Positions 8,476 to 18,155 of a stretch of DNA of 19,919 nt are shown in pieces. The stretch is from a virus (Duplodnaviria > Heunggongvirae > Uroviricota > Caudoviricetes), in the IMG/VR virus record IMGVR_UViG_2737471827_000004; one strand, written 5' to 3'. The notes under the pieces are model-generated. The model worked only from the letters and a program-made list of their open reading frames with translations, was not told the origin of the DNA and ran no database searches. Numbering within the stretch: the first letter of the stretch is position 1; each line of letters begins with the position of its first letter. The position numbers and the translations under genes are program-made.

Positions 8476-9690
8476 TTACCAGTTCCACAGCGTGCCATCT
8501 TCCAGACGTGCGACTGGCAGATAAGCAGGTTCATAGGGATATTTCGCCGCCAGCTTTTCATCGAATTCGATGCCAAGACCCGGTTTGTCTCCCGGATGCA
8601 TATAGCCGTTATCGAAAGTCCAGTTGTGCGGGAAGACTTCGAGCATTTGTTCGGAATAACCCATGTACTCCTGGACACCGAAATTGGGGACCCACAGATC
8701 AAAGTGCAGCGCCGCAGCCATGCAGACTGGTGACAAATCGGAAGGACCGTGTGAGCCAGTACGTACCTGATACAGCGAAGCAAAATCGGCAATCCGGCGC
8801 ATACCGGTAATTCCGCCTGCATGGGTCAGCGTGGTGCGGATATAATCGATGAGTTGCTCTTCAATCAGTTGTTTGCAGTCCCAGATGCTGTTGAAGACTT
8901 CACCCACTGCGATGGGTGTGACGGTATGTTGGCGAATGAGACGGAAGCATTCCTGGTTTTCCGCAGGCGTCGGGTCTTCCATCCAGAACATGCGATAATC
9001 TTCAATGCTTTTACCAAAGCGCGCCGCTTCAATAGGCGTTAAGCGATGGTGCATGTCATGCAGCAAATGTTCATTAAAACCAAACTTGTTACGTACCGCG
9101 TCAAACAATTTCGGCATGAAATCGAGGTATTTCTCCGTCGACCACAGCTGCTCTTCCGGCCACTGTCCTTTGGTTGCGGGTTCATAAGCCAGACCTTTAC
9201 CTTTCGACATGCCGTAGGTGGTTTTCATACCAGGGATTCCGCACTGCACGCGGATGGCTTTGAATCCCAGCTCCTGATGACGGGCATAATCATCCAGAGC
9301 TTCATCAATACTGTGACCGGTGGTATGGCAATAAACCATCACCCCTTCACGAGACGCGCCGCCGAGTAACTGGTAAAGCGGCATGTTGGCAGCTTTGGCT
9401 TTAATATCCCACAGCGCCATATCAACCGCTGAAATGGCCGACATCGTAACCGGACCGCGACGCCAGTAAGCACCTTTATAGAAAAACTGCCAGATATCTT
9501 CGATACGGTGCGCATCGCGACCAATAAGCTGCGGACAAAGGTGATCCTGCAAATAAGAGGCCACGGAAAGCTCACGTCCATTGAGGGTGGCATCCCCAAG
9601 GCCCGTAATACCGTCCTCAGTGGTGATTTTTAATGTGACGAAATTACGCCCCGGACAGGTAACAAAAACTTCAGCCTTTACGATCTTCAT
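8476..9690 (-). CDS. rspA: Starvation-sensing protein RspA (enolase-superfamily mannonate dehydratase-like)
   Basis: Start at ATG 9690 ([14 protein letters not shown]...), AAGGAA RBS upstream; 404 aa. The rspB RBS lies within the rspA 3' end, so the two form an operon. Confidence 0.9.
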
Positions 9691-9895
9691 GTTCGATTCC
9701 TTGCATCGCTTGTCGTGATGCATGAAATCTACGCAACTGAGCTACTACCATACAAGTATGAAGATCGAAAAAAGCCGGAGTGATCACAAAAAAAGGCGTA
9801 TATTTGCGCTGTGAATGGTTGACAAAAGATGAAATAGAATACCTTTTGTCAGCTGACACTTCCTCTTATCTTATTGATAAAATGGATTTATGTTC

Positions 9896-10222
9896 CTACG
9901 TGCGCCCCCAGCCCGCAACAATGATCAACATGCCGCAAAGCGCAATCAACGCACCCGTCCAGTCATAAAGAGTCAGTTTCACGCCATCCACAACGCGCAG
10001 CCACATCAACGCCGTGCAGACATAAACGCCACCATAAGCCGCGTAAACACGCCCACTCGCCGCTGGATGCAACGTTAACAACCAGACAAACAGCGCCAGT
10101 GAAATCCCCGCCGGAAGCAACAGCCAGATACTGGCGTTTCGTTTTAACCACAACCAGGGCAGAAAGCATCCAATAATTTCACACAGCGCAGTAGCAAAAA
10201 ATAGTAACGTTGTTTTAATCAT
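9896..10222 (-). CDS. ynfA: UPF0060 small inner-membrane protein YnfA (108 aa, 4 predicted TM helices)
   Basis: Track ORF 9896-10231 uses a GTG start; ATG at 10222 ([20 protein letters not shown]...) gives the 108-aa form. Highly hydrophobic. Confidence 0.85.
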
Positions 10223-10356
10223 CTTTGTCACTTATTGACATCATGTATAGTTATAGGGCGACATAATATCATCAATATAAACACCCTCCTGGTACGTTTT
10301 GCGTTCGCAGTGGATGGTGTAGAATCTCCTTTAATCATTCATACAGGGAATGAATT

Positions 10357-10698
10357 ATGAAAATCACTCTCAGCAAACGAATCGGCCTGCTCGCTTTTCT
10401 GCTGCCTTGCGCACTGGCACTGAGCACAACTGTTCATGCCGAAACTAACAAACTGGTGATTGAGTCTGGCGACAGTGCACAAAGCCGCCAGCACGCCGCT
10501 ATGGAAAAAGAGCAATGGAATGACACGCGCAATCTGCGTCAGAAAGTGAATAAACGCACTGAAAAAGAGTGGGATAAAGCCGACGCCGCTTTTGATAACC
10601 GCGATAAATGTGAGCAAAGCGCCAACATCAATGCCTACTGGGAGCCAAATACTTTGCGCTGCCTGGACCGTCGAACTGGCCGCGTTATTACCCCCTAA
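10357..10698 (+). CDS. ynfB: UPF0482 protein YnfB (secreted, signal peptide)
   Basis: 113 aa; N-terminal signal peptide [28 protein letters not shown]. Confidence 0.85.
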
Positions 10699-10732
10699 CC
10701 TGTTATTGATTTAAGGAATGTAAGGACACGTT

Positions 10733-11293
10733 ATGCCAAGCGCCCACAGTGTTAAGCTACGCCCGCTGGAGCGTGAAGATTTACGCTATGTACATCAACT
10801 CGACAATAACGCCAGTGTGATGCGTTACTGGTTTGAGGAACCCTACGAAGCCTTTGTTGAACTCTCTGATCTGTATGATAAGCATATTCACGATCAGAGC
10901 GAACGGCGCTTTGTGGTGGAATGTGACGGCGAAAAAGCCGGTCTGGTGGAGCTGGTGGAAATTAACCATGTACATCGCCGGGCAGAATTTCAGATAATTA
11001 TCTCCCCGGAGTATCAGGGGAAAGGTCTGGCAACCCGTGCCGCCAAATTAGCAATGGACTATGGCTTTACCGTTCTCAATCTCTATAAGCTGTATCTGAT
11101 CGTTGATAAAGAGAATGAAAAAGCGATTCACATTTACCGCAAGCTTGGCTTTTCGGTTGAAGGTGAATTGATGCACGAGTTCTTTATTAATGGTCAATAT
11201 CGTAATGCCATTCGCATGTGTATATTCCAGCATCAGTATCTGGCAGAGCACAAAACACCGGGTCAGACTCTCCTGAAGCCGACCGCACAATAG
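10733..11293 (+). CDS. speG: Spermidine N1-acetyltransferase SpeG (GNAT family)
   Basis: 186 aa; sequence recognised ([41 protein letters not shown]...). Confidence 0.9.
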   Translation: MPSAHSVKLRPLEREDLRYVHQLDNNASVMRYWFEEPYEAFVELSDLYDKHIHDQSERRFVVECDGEKAGLVELVEINHVHRRAEFQIIISPEYQGKGLATRAAKLAMDYGFTVLNLYKLYLIVDKENEKAIHIYRKLGFSVEGELMHEFFINGQYRNAIRMCIFQHQYLAEHKTPGQTLLKPTAQ

Positions 11294-11295
11294 CA

Positions 11296-12006
11296 TTAAT
11301 AATAATCGATCGTATTTTTGATGGTGTAAACCCGTTCGACGGCGGGTTTTACTCCTTCATCAACAATGATTAGCTGACAGTCCACCGGATTAGCGTGACT
11401 GTCATATTCACAGCTCTGTTTTACATTACCAACCCGTTGATTATTCAGTAAAGTAACCGCTGTGTAATCTAATTTTTTGATCGGATCCGTTGATGGCGTG
11501 GCGCTGACAGATAATGTTTTGTCGTTACTTTTCGTGGTTTTACCCAGCGGATAACCCTGATCATCATAGCGATATTCCATCTGCATTTGTTTGCTGCTGG
11601 CTTTAATCACGAAGCCATTATCATCGGTTTCCCAACTCACCCCGGCAGAAGGTAATTCTGCTAGCTGGCATTTTCCCTGTAAACGTACTCTCTTCTCCAG
11701 CGTCTCGGCATCACGGTAATAATTGGCGTCCAGTACCAGAGCGACCACGGTATTATTTTCCAGATCCAGTAATTCGAGTGAATCAAAACAGCCTTCTTCC
11801 GACAAAGTCCCAGAAACACGTTTCGTCACTTCACCTTGCTCATCCATTAATGTCTGAGTGAAATCTTTTACCGGACCACGCAGCGGATCAAAATCGAATT
11901 CATTAGAGAAACTGGCCATCTCAGGGGTAAATGAAAGTGTTACCTCTGTGCGGTCACATCCTGTGAGGAATATCGCGAGTAAGCATGGTAGTAATTTGTA
12001 TTTCAC
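11296..12006 (-). CDS. ynfC: UPF0257 lipoprotein YnfC
   Basis: Track ORF 11296-12042. A lipoprotein signal peptide with lipobox LTGC follows a GTG codon at 12006, giving a 236-aa product. Convergent with speG, only 2 bp between stops. Confidence 0.8.
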   Translation of the reverse strand: MKYKLLPCLLAIFLTGCDRTEVTLSFTPEMASFSNEFDFDPLRGPVKDFTQTLMDEQGEVTKRVSGTLSEEGCFDSLELLDLENNTVVALVLDANYYRDAETLEKRVRLQGKCQLAELPSAGVSWETDDNGFVIKASSKQMQMEYRYDDQGYPLGKTTKSNDKTLSVSATPSTDPIKKLDYTAVTLLNNQRVGNVKQSCEYDSHANPVDCQLIIVDEGVKPAVERVYTIKNTIDYY

Positions 12007-12110
12007 AACAGTCACCAGAGAGTAGAGATGATTCTCAATCATAGTAGCAAATACAGTACTTTACACGTTAAATGCTATGCTTAAAGAAGTTATCTTCGCG
12101 TAAGGAGCTT

Positions 12111-12419
12111 ATGATGAAACTCTCAACCTGCTGTGCCGCGCTTCTGCTCGCCCTCGCCTCACCCGCGGTACTCGCCGCGCCGGGATCCTGTGAGCGCATA
12201 CAGAGCGATATATCACAGCGCATTATCAATAATGGCGTACCCGAAAGCAGCTTCACGTTAAGTATTGTACCCAATGACCAGGTTGATCAGCCTGATTCCC
12301 AGGTCGTCGGGCATTGTGCTAATGATACGCATAAAATTCTCTACACCCGCACCACCAGCGGTAACGTCTCTGCTCCCGCGCAGTCTACCCAGGATGGCGC
12401 GCCTGCCGAACCGCAGTAA
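12111..12419 (+). CDS. ynfD: DUF1161-family secreted protein YnfD
   Basis: ATG 12111 with AAGGAG 4-5 nt upstream (MMKLSTCCAALLLALASPAVLAAPGS...). Signal peptide. Confidence 0.85.
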   Translation: MMKLSTCCAALLLALASPAVLAAPGSCERIQSDISQRIINNGVPESSFTLSIVPNDQVDQPDSQVVGHCANDTHKILYTRTTSGNVSAPAQSTQDGAPAEPQ

Positions 12420-12436
12420 TACATTATCGACTGAAC

Positions 12437-12462
12437 GCCGGATACGACACATCCGGCGATTT
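12437..12462 (+). terminator. Possible weak intrinsic terminator after ynfD (7-bp stem GCCGGAT/ATCCGGC, short T tract)
   Basis: Hairpin read directly from the sequence. The T tract (GATTT) is poor. Confidence 0.25.
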
Positions 12463-12504
12463 GAACATACAACATAATCCCACCTTATTACTCATACCCT
12501 TCTA

Positions 12505-12518
12505 TTGATATGGATTAA
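12505..12518 (+). promoter_or_regulatory. FNR-like box TTGAT-ATGG-ATTAA upstream of ynfE
   Basis: 9/10 match to the TTGAT-N4-ATCAA consensus, about 100 bp upstream of the ynfE start. Consistent with anaerobic control of the ynfEFGH operon. Confidence 0.35.
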
Positions 12519-12617
12519 TAATTCTTAACCCAAAATGGGTAGACTCCCTCTATTGTTAGCGCGCTAAATATTCAATATATAAACATTTATATAACGATAA
12601 AGAACAGGGAGTGAGTT

Positions 12618-14027
12618 ATGTCCAAAAATGACCGAATGGTGGGCATCAGCCGCAGAACACTCGTTAAATCAACCGCGATAGGTTCTCTGGCGCTGGCTGC
12701 AGGCGGTTTTTCTTTACCGTTCACCCTGCGCAGTGCAGCGGCAGCAGTACAACAGGCCAGCGAAAAAGTGATCTGGGGTGCCTGTTCCGTCAACTGTGGT
12801 AGCCGCTGTGCACTTCGTCTACATGTTAAAGATAATGAAGTCACCTGGGTGGAAACTGACAACACCGGCAGCGACGAGTATGGCAATCATCAAGTACGCG
12901 CCTGTTTGCGTGGTCGATCCATCCGCCGGCGTATTAATCATCCCGATCGCTTGAATTACCCAATGAAACGCGTGGGTACACGCGGTGAAGGCAAATTCGA
13001 ACGGATTAGCTGGGATGAAGCCCTGGATACTATCGCCAGTAGCCTGAAAAAAACCGTCGAACAATATGGCAATGAGGCTGTATATATTCAGTACTCTTCG
13101 GGGATTGTTGGCGGCAATATGACCCGCTCTTCGCCATCAGCCTCGGCGGTCAAACGCCTGATGAACTGCTACGGCGGTTCACTCAATCAGTATGGCTCCT
13201 ACAGCACCGCGCAAATTTCCTGTGCCATGCCCTACACCTACGGCAGTAATGATGGCAACAGCACCACGGATATTGAAAACAGCAAGCTGGTCGTGATGTT
13301 TGGTAACAACCCGGCAGAAACCCGCATGAGCGGCGGTGGCATCACTTATCTTCTTGAAAAAGCGCGCGAGAAATCGAACGCCAAAATGATTGTTATCGAT
13401 CCGCGATATACCGATACGGCTGCTGGTCGTGAAGATGAATGGCTCCCTATTCGCCCGGGCACCGATGCCGCGCTGGTTGCGGGTATTGCCTGGGTATTGA
13501 TTAACGAAAATCTCGTTGATCAACCTTTTCTCGATAAATACTGCGTCGGCTATGACGAAAAAACCTTACCCGCAGATGCACCCAAAAATGGTCACTATAA
13601 AGCCTATATTCTTGGTGAAGGTGATGATAACACAGCGAAAACGCCGCAGTGGGCTTCGCAAATTACCGGTATCCCGGTAGACCGTATCATCAAACTGGCG
13701 CGTGAAATTGGCACAGCAAAACCCGCTTATATCTGCCAGGGCTGGGGGCCGCAACGCCAGGCAAACGGCGAACTGACTGCACGCGCTATTGCTATGTTAC
13801 CTATTTTGACGGGCAATGTCGGCATCAGCGGCGGAAATAGTGGCGCGCGTGAATCGACCTATACCATTACCATAGAACGCCTGCCGGTGCTGGATAATCC
13901 GGTCAAAACGTCAATCTCCTGCTTCAGCTGGACAGATGCTATCGATCATGGTCCGCAAATGACGGCAATCCGCGACGGCGTCCGCGGCAAAGATAAACTG
14001 GATGTGCCCATTAAGTTCATCTGGAAC
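12618..14027 (+). pseudogene. ynfE: ynfE 5' fragment (Tat-exported Mo-bisMGD reductase catalytic subunit, DmsA paralog), codons 1-470; interrupted by the insertion
   Basis: Twin-arginine signal (SRRTLVK) and N-terminal Cys cluster (CSVNCGSRCALR). Native-looking sequence ends at ...IKFIWN (14027). The frame then runs 16 codons into foreign DNA (FKDLKRTLSRPEVLH) to a stop at 14073-14075. Confidence 0.85.
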
Positions 14028-14268
14028 TTCAAGGACTTGAAGCGGACCCTTAGTAGGCCTGAGGTCCTGCATTGAGTCAAGACCTTGTGTCATTCTTTGT
14101 GCCAGACTTGTGTCATTAGACGGGATGTCTAGACGGCTGGTCAGGACCCTCCGGTGGCCTTGGTATGGACTTGAGGCGGGACTATGGGGGAAGTCTGCTG
14201 GCTTAATGTATTAGATGGTCATTCACATTTTTCTGTCAGAAACCATCGGTCCCACTGTGAGTCCAAAC

Positions 14269-14424
14269 CTAAGGACCTAGAAGTCCACCCACAGCCTTAG
14301 ACAGAGTGTCGAACACATCCACACCGAGTCGACCAGAGAGGACCATGTAGAGACCCACAGAGAGGAACACGAGTTTATAGACCAGAGTCAGGAGGGACTT
14401 CAGGTCTGCGGAAGTCATAGACAT
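14269..14424 (-). CDS. 51-aa single-pass membrane protein (holin-like or small membrane toxin-like), unassigned
   Basis: ATG at 14424 with AAGGAGG 5 nt upstream. MSMTSADLKSLLTLVYKLVFLSVGLYMVLSGRLGVDVFDTLSKAVGGLLGP has one roughly 21-residue hydrophobic helix. Last gene of the cassette. Confidence 0.5.
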   Translation of the reverse strand: MSMTSADLKSLLTLVYKLVFLSVGLYMVLSGRLGVDVFDTLSKAVGGLLGP

Positions 14425-14496
14425 TTGGCCCTCCTTATCTTGTATACTACCATACCAGAAATAAGGCCCAGACCCGAAGGTCCAGACCATAGTTAG

Positions 14497-15483
14497 TTAG
14501 TTGGTCTCAGTAAAGCTCAGGCGTTTGACTACAGGCAGGACAGCAGTAGCACTACCAGTACCCATCTTGATTGTCGTAGCAGCTTCAGCGACCACGAAGA
14601 CCTTGCCGAGGATTTCTAGGTCGTGAGACTGAGAGTCGCCATCTCTGGATAAGACCACGGTAATGTTCTCACCATCATGACGGAAGCAGCTGAAGCTCAG
14701 GGCCGTAAAACGCTTAGCCATCATGAACACACCACGGTCCTCACCGTTGTAATACGCGATGTCGGTACCCAGCATATCCACGATAGCGTCTTCGCCACCG
14801 AAGCCCTGCTTAGCAGCCAGACGGGAGAGAGCCTTGAGGTGTGACTCATGGGCGATAATGCCGTAGTCAGAAACCTCAGTACCGAAAGAAGACTCGGTGT
14901 TCTCATACAGGGCATCCATGATAGCGTCAGCCTTAGCGGTCAGGCTACCAGTCAGGACCGGAAGCTCTACAGTCTTCAACAGCTTGGAGGATTCCAGTAC
15001 ATCGACCATGCGACTATTGATGGTACGGACCACGTTATCGCAGATGTTCAGAGCGTCCTGCTGGAGCGTCCCCTGAGTGAAACCAGTGGAAGACTTAGCG
15101 TCCCACAGCTTGGTTTGATGTGATACGAGGATAGCCTGTTCAATCGGCTCCACGGTGATTTCAGTGCCGGACGGAGCGGTCACGACTTCAGGTCGCTTGC
15201 CACCACGGACAGGGACCAGCACAGAGCGGTCAGCCAGAGTGTGAGCAATGATTGGAGTCGGTAAGCTGTTACGGGTCGGCAGGACTTCTACAGGGAACGG
15301 GATGTTATCTTGAGCGTCTTTAAGCACACCATTGAGCATCGTCTTAACCAGCTTAGCCAGCTCAAGGGCGTAGACCTGAGGGTCTGCGTTAGTTGGCAAA
15401 CCTTCGTTAATCTGAATGTTGTCGGTGTCGGTGATACGTACTGGCTCAATGCCGAACTGGAAAGCGTCTTTAGTCATAGTCAT
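14497..15483 (-). CDS. 328-aa hypothetical protein, unassigned
   Basis: Long ORF with AAGGAGA RBS 9 nt upstream. Codon usage rich in GCT/GGT/CGT/AAG/GAC, as in highly expressed coliphage genes. No catalytic motif recognised and no Walker A. Confidence 0.6.
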   Translation of the reverse strand: MTMTKDAFQFGIEPVRITDTDNIQINEGLPTNADPQVYALELAKLVKTMLNGVLKDAQDNIPFPVEVLPTRNSLPTPIIAHTLADRSVLVPVRGGKRPEVVTAPSGTEITVEPIEQAILVSHQTKLWDAKSSTGFTQGTLQQDALNICDNVVRTINSRMVDVLESSKLLKTVELPVLTGSLTAKADAIMDALYENTESSFGTEVSDYGIIAHESHLKALSRLAAKQGFGGEDAIVDMLGTDIAYYNGEDRGVFMMAKRFTALSFSCFRHDGENITVVLSRDGDSQSHDLEILGKVFVVAEAATTIKMGTGSATAVLPVVKRLSFTETN

Positions 15484-15566
15484 GATAATTAATCTCCTTG
15501 AGTCAAATACTTGAAGTCCCTAACGGTAAGTCAGGGACCGTGTGTTCTTAGATGAGGGTCGCTTGC

Positions 15567-16058
15567 TTACAAGCAGTCCATCCAGTTAGCGCCACTATCG
15601 AGGTCAGCCATAATTGAAGCCTTGGAACGACCAGCGGAATGGGTAGCACTGCGGAGGTTCTCACCATAGGTCCGGCGTTCAGCTTTGACCTGTTCACGGC
15701 GCTGTAGCTCTTTCTGCCACTCTGCATCGGTCATGTTCTCTTCACGCATACGCTCAGCCTGAAGTCGTTGCTCTTTAGCGATACGCTCAGCCTCAGCTCG
15801 TTTGTTAAGCTGGCGGCGACCATAGGCGGTCATCAGGTCATTACTGAAGAAGTTACCAATGGTCACGCCAGCTTCAGCAAGAGCTTCCAGTAACTCCATT
15901 GCTTCGCGGCTGGTGGATGGCAAGCCTGACAGATACCCCGGAATGAGGGTCTTGATAGCGAGGGACAGCGGATAGGACTGATCGTCCAGACTCACAGTAT
16001 TCTCGTAGAGATTGATGTCGGTGACTGACAGCTTCCAGTTGTTGTTGTTGAATAACAT
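15567..16058 (-). CDS. 163-aa hypothetical protein with a highly charged predicted coiled-coil segment
   Basis: AGAGGAG RBS 7-8 nt upstream. Charged segment RRQLNKRAEAERIAKEQRLQAERMREENMTDAEWQKELQRREQVKAERR. Confidence 0.55.
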   Translation of the reverse strand: MLFNNNNWKLSVTDINLYENTVSLDDQSYPLSLAIKTLIPGYLSGLPSTSREAMELLEALAEAGVTIGNFFSNDLMTAYGRRQLNKRAEAERIAKEQRLQAERMREENMTDAEWQKELQRREQVKAERRTYGENLRSATHSAGRSKASIMADLDSGANWMDCL

Positions 16059-16200
16059 AAGTTGGTACTCCTCTTGAGAAGGTGAGAACTATCGGTATCG
16101 CAGACACAGTTATGCCTACGGGTCTCCCCGCATCGGTCATTCTCAAAAGGTGTTTAAATTAAGGTATTGAGTAGGTGAGCTGCTAACGGTTAGGAGACAG

Positions 16201-16413
16201 CTAGCTTACTAGCGACAGTTTCATAGCGACCAGTTGCGCTATCAGCTCGTCTCGGGATTGGTGCTGGCGGGTCTCATCTTCCGGGTCTAGACCAAGCTCC
16301 TTCAGGAGGAATTCAGTCCGATAGCCACGGTAACGGAGAGTCATGCGACCCTCAGGTGTGCGCGGGTCAACCATAGGTCTTTGGGAGACCATAGGTCTTT
16401 GGTTAGTCATCAT
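16201..16413 (-). CDS. 70-aa hypothetical protein with a tandemly duplicated N-terminal heptapeptide
   Basis: Start 2 nt after the stop of the upstream gene. Contains the 18-bp tandem repeat at 16371-16406 (encodes QRPMVS-QRPMVD). Confidence 0.45.
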   Translation of the reverse strand: MMTNQRPMVSQRPMVDPRTPEGRMTLRYRGYRTEFLLKELGLDPEDETRQHQSRDELIAQLVAMKLSLVS

Positions 16414-16415
16414 TG

Positions 16416-16676
16416 TTAGAAGTCCTCGTTAGACCAATCATCCACGTCAAATTCACTGGTGATAGGCGCTTGGAAGTCAGGTAGACCCTCTGGTATATCT
16501 AGCGGCAGTCGCTCGTCGACTCTCAGTGCCATCTCTTCGTATATATGCCGAAGCAGAGAAGTCAGTAAGATATGGTCCGCAGGATGCTCATGGTCGTATC
16601 TCTCAATGAAACATATGGTTGTCGCTATTGACTTCATAATCAGTTCATCAGTAAGTCGGTTGGAATCCATAGTCAT
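16416..16676 (-). CDS. 86-aa strongly acidic protein (about 20 Asp/Glu vs 5 Lys/Arg), unassigned
   Basis: Start 1 nt after the stop of the Rha-like gene (TAA-G-ATG). MTMDSNRLTDELIMKSIATTICFIERYDHEHPADHILLTSLLRHIYEEMALRVDERLPLDIPEGLPDFQAPITSEFDVDDWSNEDF. Confidence 0.55.
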   Translation of the reverse strand: MTMDSNRLTDELIMKSIATTICFIERYDHEHPADHILLTSLLRHIYEEMALRVDERLPLDIPEGLPDFQAPITSEFDVDDWSNEDF

Positions 16677-16677
16677 C

Positions 16678-17388
16678 TTAGAGTCCCTTCTGCTTGCCGG
16701 ATTTGGCTTGCTTCAGGAGGTATTCCTGCTTCTGCTGGTCGGTGCCAGTGAATGCAATAAGGATGCCTTTCATCTTGTCAATCGTCTCAGGTCTACCGAA
16801 GACCTCCAGTCCCTTAGCGTTGAAGCGAAAGTTATAACCACCTGCTGAGAACTTCTGGTCTGACGGCTTAATGATACGGAAGCAGTCGGAATACTTTGGA
16901 TTTACAGACCACTCGTTACTGATTGGATTCTTACGAAAGAGACCACGATGCTGAAGAAGTGCGGTCATTAGCTTCTGAGCAGGTAGACCATAGGTTTTGC
17001 AGTAGTCACCCCAAGTCACGCCTCGACGGTTAGCGGACTGAATTGCTGCTCGCTTCTTCTGGTCTTCCAGTAACTGCTTGTCCTTCTCAATTCGTCGGAT
17101 GTATTCAAGGACTTTGCGACGCACAGCTTTAGACTCACGCATACCGACCAATAGTAGTTGGTCTCCGTTAAGGATAGTGTGAGAGGATTTACGTCCAGAA
17201 GCGCCCGTGTCTAATAAAAGGAAATTTTCCTCTTTTAAATCCAGCTCATCCTTCACGCGATTGATGAAGTCCTTATTACTGACGGGATTCTCCCCGGCCT
17301 CTTCACGGGCAGGATTGATAACCTTGGTCAGGAACTCATAGGAAGACAGAGAGAACTCATCGTTAAAGATGACTACTTGTTGAGACAT
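16678..17388 (-). CDS. Rha/antirepressor-like phage regulatory protein (236 aa); C-terminal half unassigned
   Basis: Track ORF 16678-17601 has an implausible N-terminal extension. ATG at 17388 (MSQQVVIFNDEF...) has a perfect AAGGAG 8 nt upstream. The N-terminal region (LLLDTGASGRKSSHTILNGDQLLLVGMRESKAVRRKVLEYI) resembles the N-terminal DNA-binding domain of Rha/Ant-type phage proteins; this is a family-level impression. Confidence 0.5.
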   Translation of the reverse strand: MSQQVVIFNDEFSLSSYEFLTKVINPAREEAGENPVSNKDFINRVKDELDLKEENFLLLDTGASGRKSSHTILNGDQLLLVGMRESKAVRRKVLEYIRRIEKDKQLLEDQKKRAAIQSANRRGVTWGDYCKTYGLPAQKLMTALLQHRGLFRKNPISNEWSVNPKYSDCFRIIKPSDQKFSAGGYNFRFNAKGLEVFGRPETIDKMKGILIAFTGTDQQKQEYLLKQAKSGKQKGL

Positions 17389-17957
17389 ATCGTTGTACTC
17401 CTTTTTGTTATGCCTCCTGAAGTCACACCCTGAGAGCCTACTCAAGCCCCCAACGATAGGGAGACTCACAGGCAACAGGAGACATACAGAAAGACTTGAG
17501 GTGATGATGAGGTCGTGTGAAGACCAGAGATGATGGTGGTGGTGGTGACTGCTCAGTTTTGAGCGCGTTAAGTTCTTCGACCATAGAGACGAAGGTTGCA
17601 AGACCGCATGTCAGGACGAGCTGTAAGGACTCCAGATGGTGAGCGGTGATAGACTTAAGCCAATGTAGTGAGTAGACGAGCTACTAACTGAGATGACTGA
17701 AGAACGCTAACGAGCTGGAGGTCGATACACGAGGTCTGACAGAGGCGGTCTTCCTACCAGTGATAGTTAAGCCCTACCACTGGTCATACATACCCAACCT
17801 CAAGCAACGACCCAATGTATACAGGGTCCCGATGCTTTGAGCTGGAGACTGACGGAGCTATCGTCGACCCCATGGTTGAGGAAGACACATAGAAGGAATG
17901 AGGTCTGACTTAAGTCTGGACTATAGGTCTTATATTAATCTTCATAAGAAGATAATA

Positions 17958-18008
17958 ATTAACTTAGAGTCATAACTTCAGTCTTACTTAGAGTCTTAAC
18001 TTTAAGTC
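17958..18008. repeat. Array of four imperfect ~11-bp direct repeats (ACTTAGAGTC / ACTTCAGTC / ACTTAGAGTC / ACTTTAAGTC) in an AT-rich stretch
   Basis: Read directly from the sequence. Lies in the 767-bp non-coding region between the HNH gene and the Rha-like gene. A palindrome GACTTAAGTC sits at about 17909-17918, and a C7-T-C6 tract at 18024-18037. Confidence 0.6.
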
Positions 18009-18155
18009 AGCATCTATGGTCTGCCCCCCCTCCCCCCATTGCTGGAAGGAGAGGCGGTAGTGTCTGCCATTTTCCCTATACTGATAATTTAGCACCCTCC
18101 TCTACAGACCAGACGCACCAAGGCCTACAGAGGCGCTCTAAGTTAGCAACCGTCA

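Noticed and set aside
9776-9790. Palindrome GTGATCAC upstream of rspA, considered as a CRP site
   Set aside because: Zero-spacer palindrome; does not fit the TGTGA-N6-TCACA geometry.
17518-17550. Minus-strand reading of (GGT)4/CATCAT gives six consecutive His codons, resembling an engineered His6 tag
   Set aside because: It lies upstream of the RBS-supported start of the Rha-like gene, in a frame with no convincing initiation signal. The surrounding sequence does not match common vector tag or linker sequences. Treated as a short microsatellite, though an engineered origin for the cassette cannot be strictly excluded.
17905-18095. Sequences weakly resembling single-subunit phage RNA polymerase promoters (GGACTATAGGTC on plus at about 17923-17934; TATAGGGAAAA on minus at about 18077-18087)
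   Set aside because: They match only the short TATAGG core of T7-type promoters and not the upstream specificity region. The cassette has no RNAP gene and the plus-strand copy points antisense to the genes. Too weak to call.
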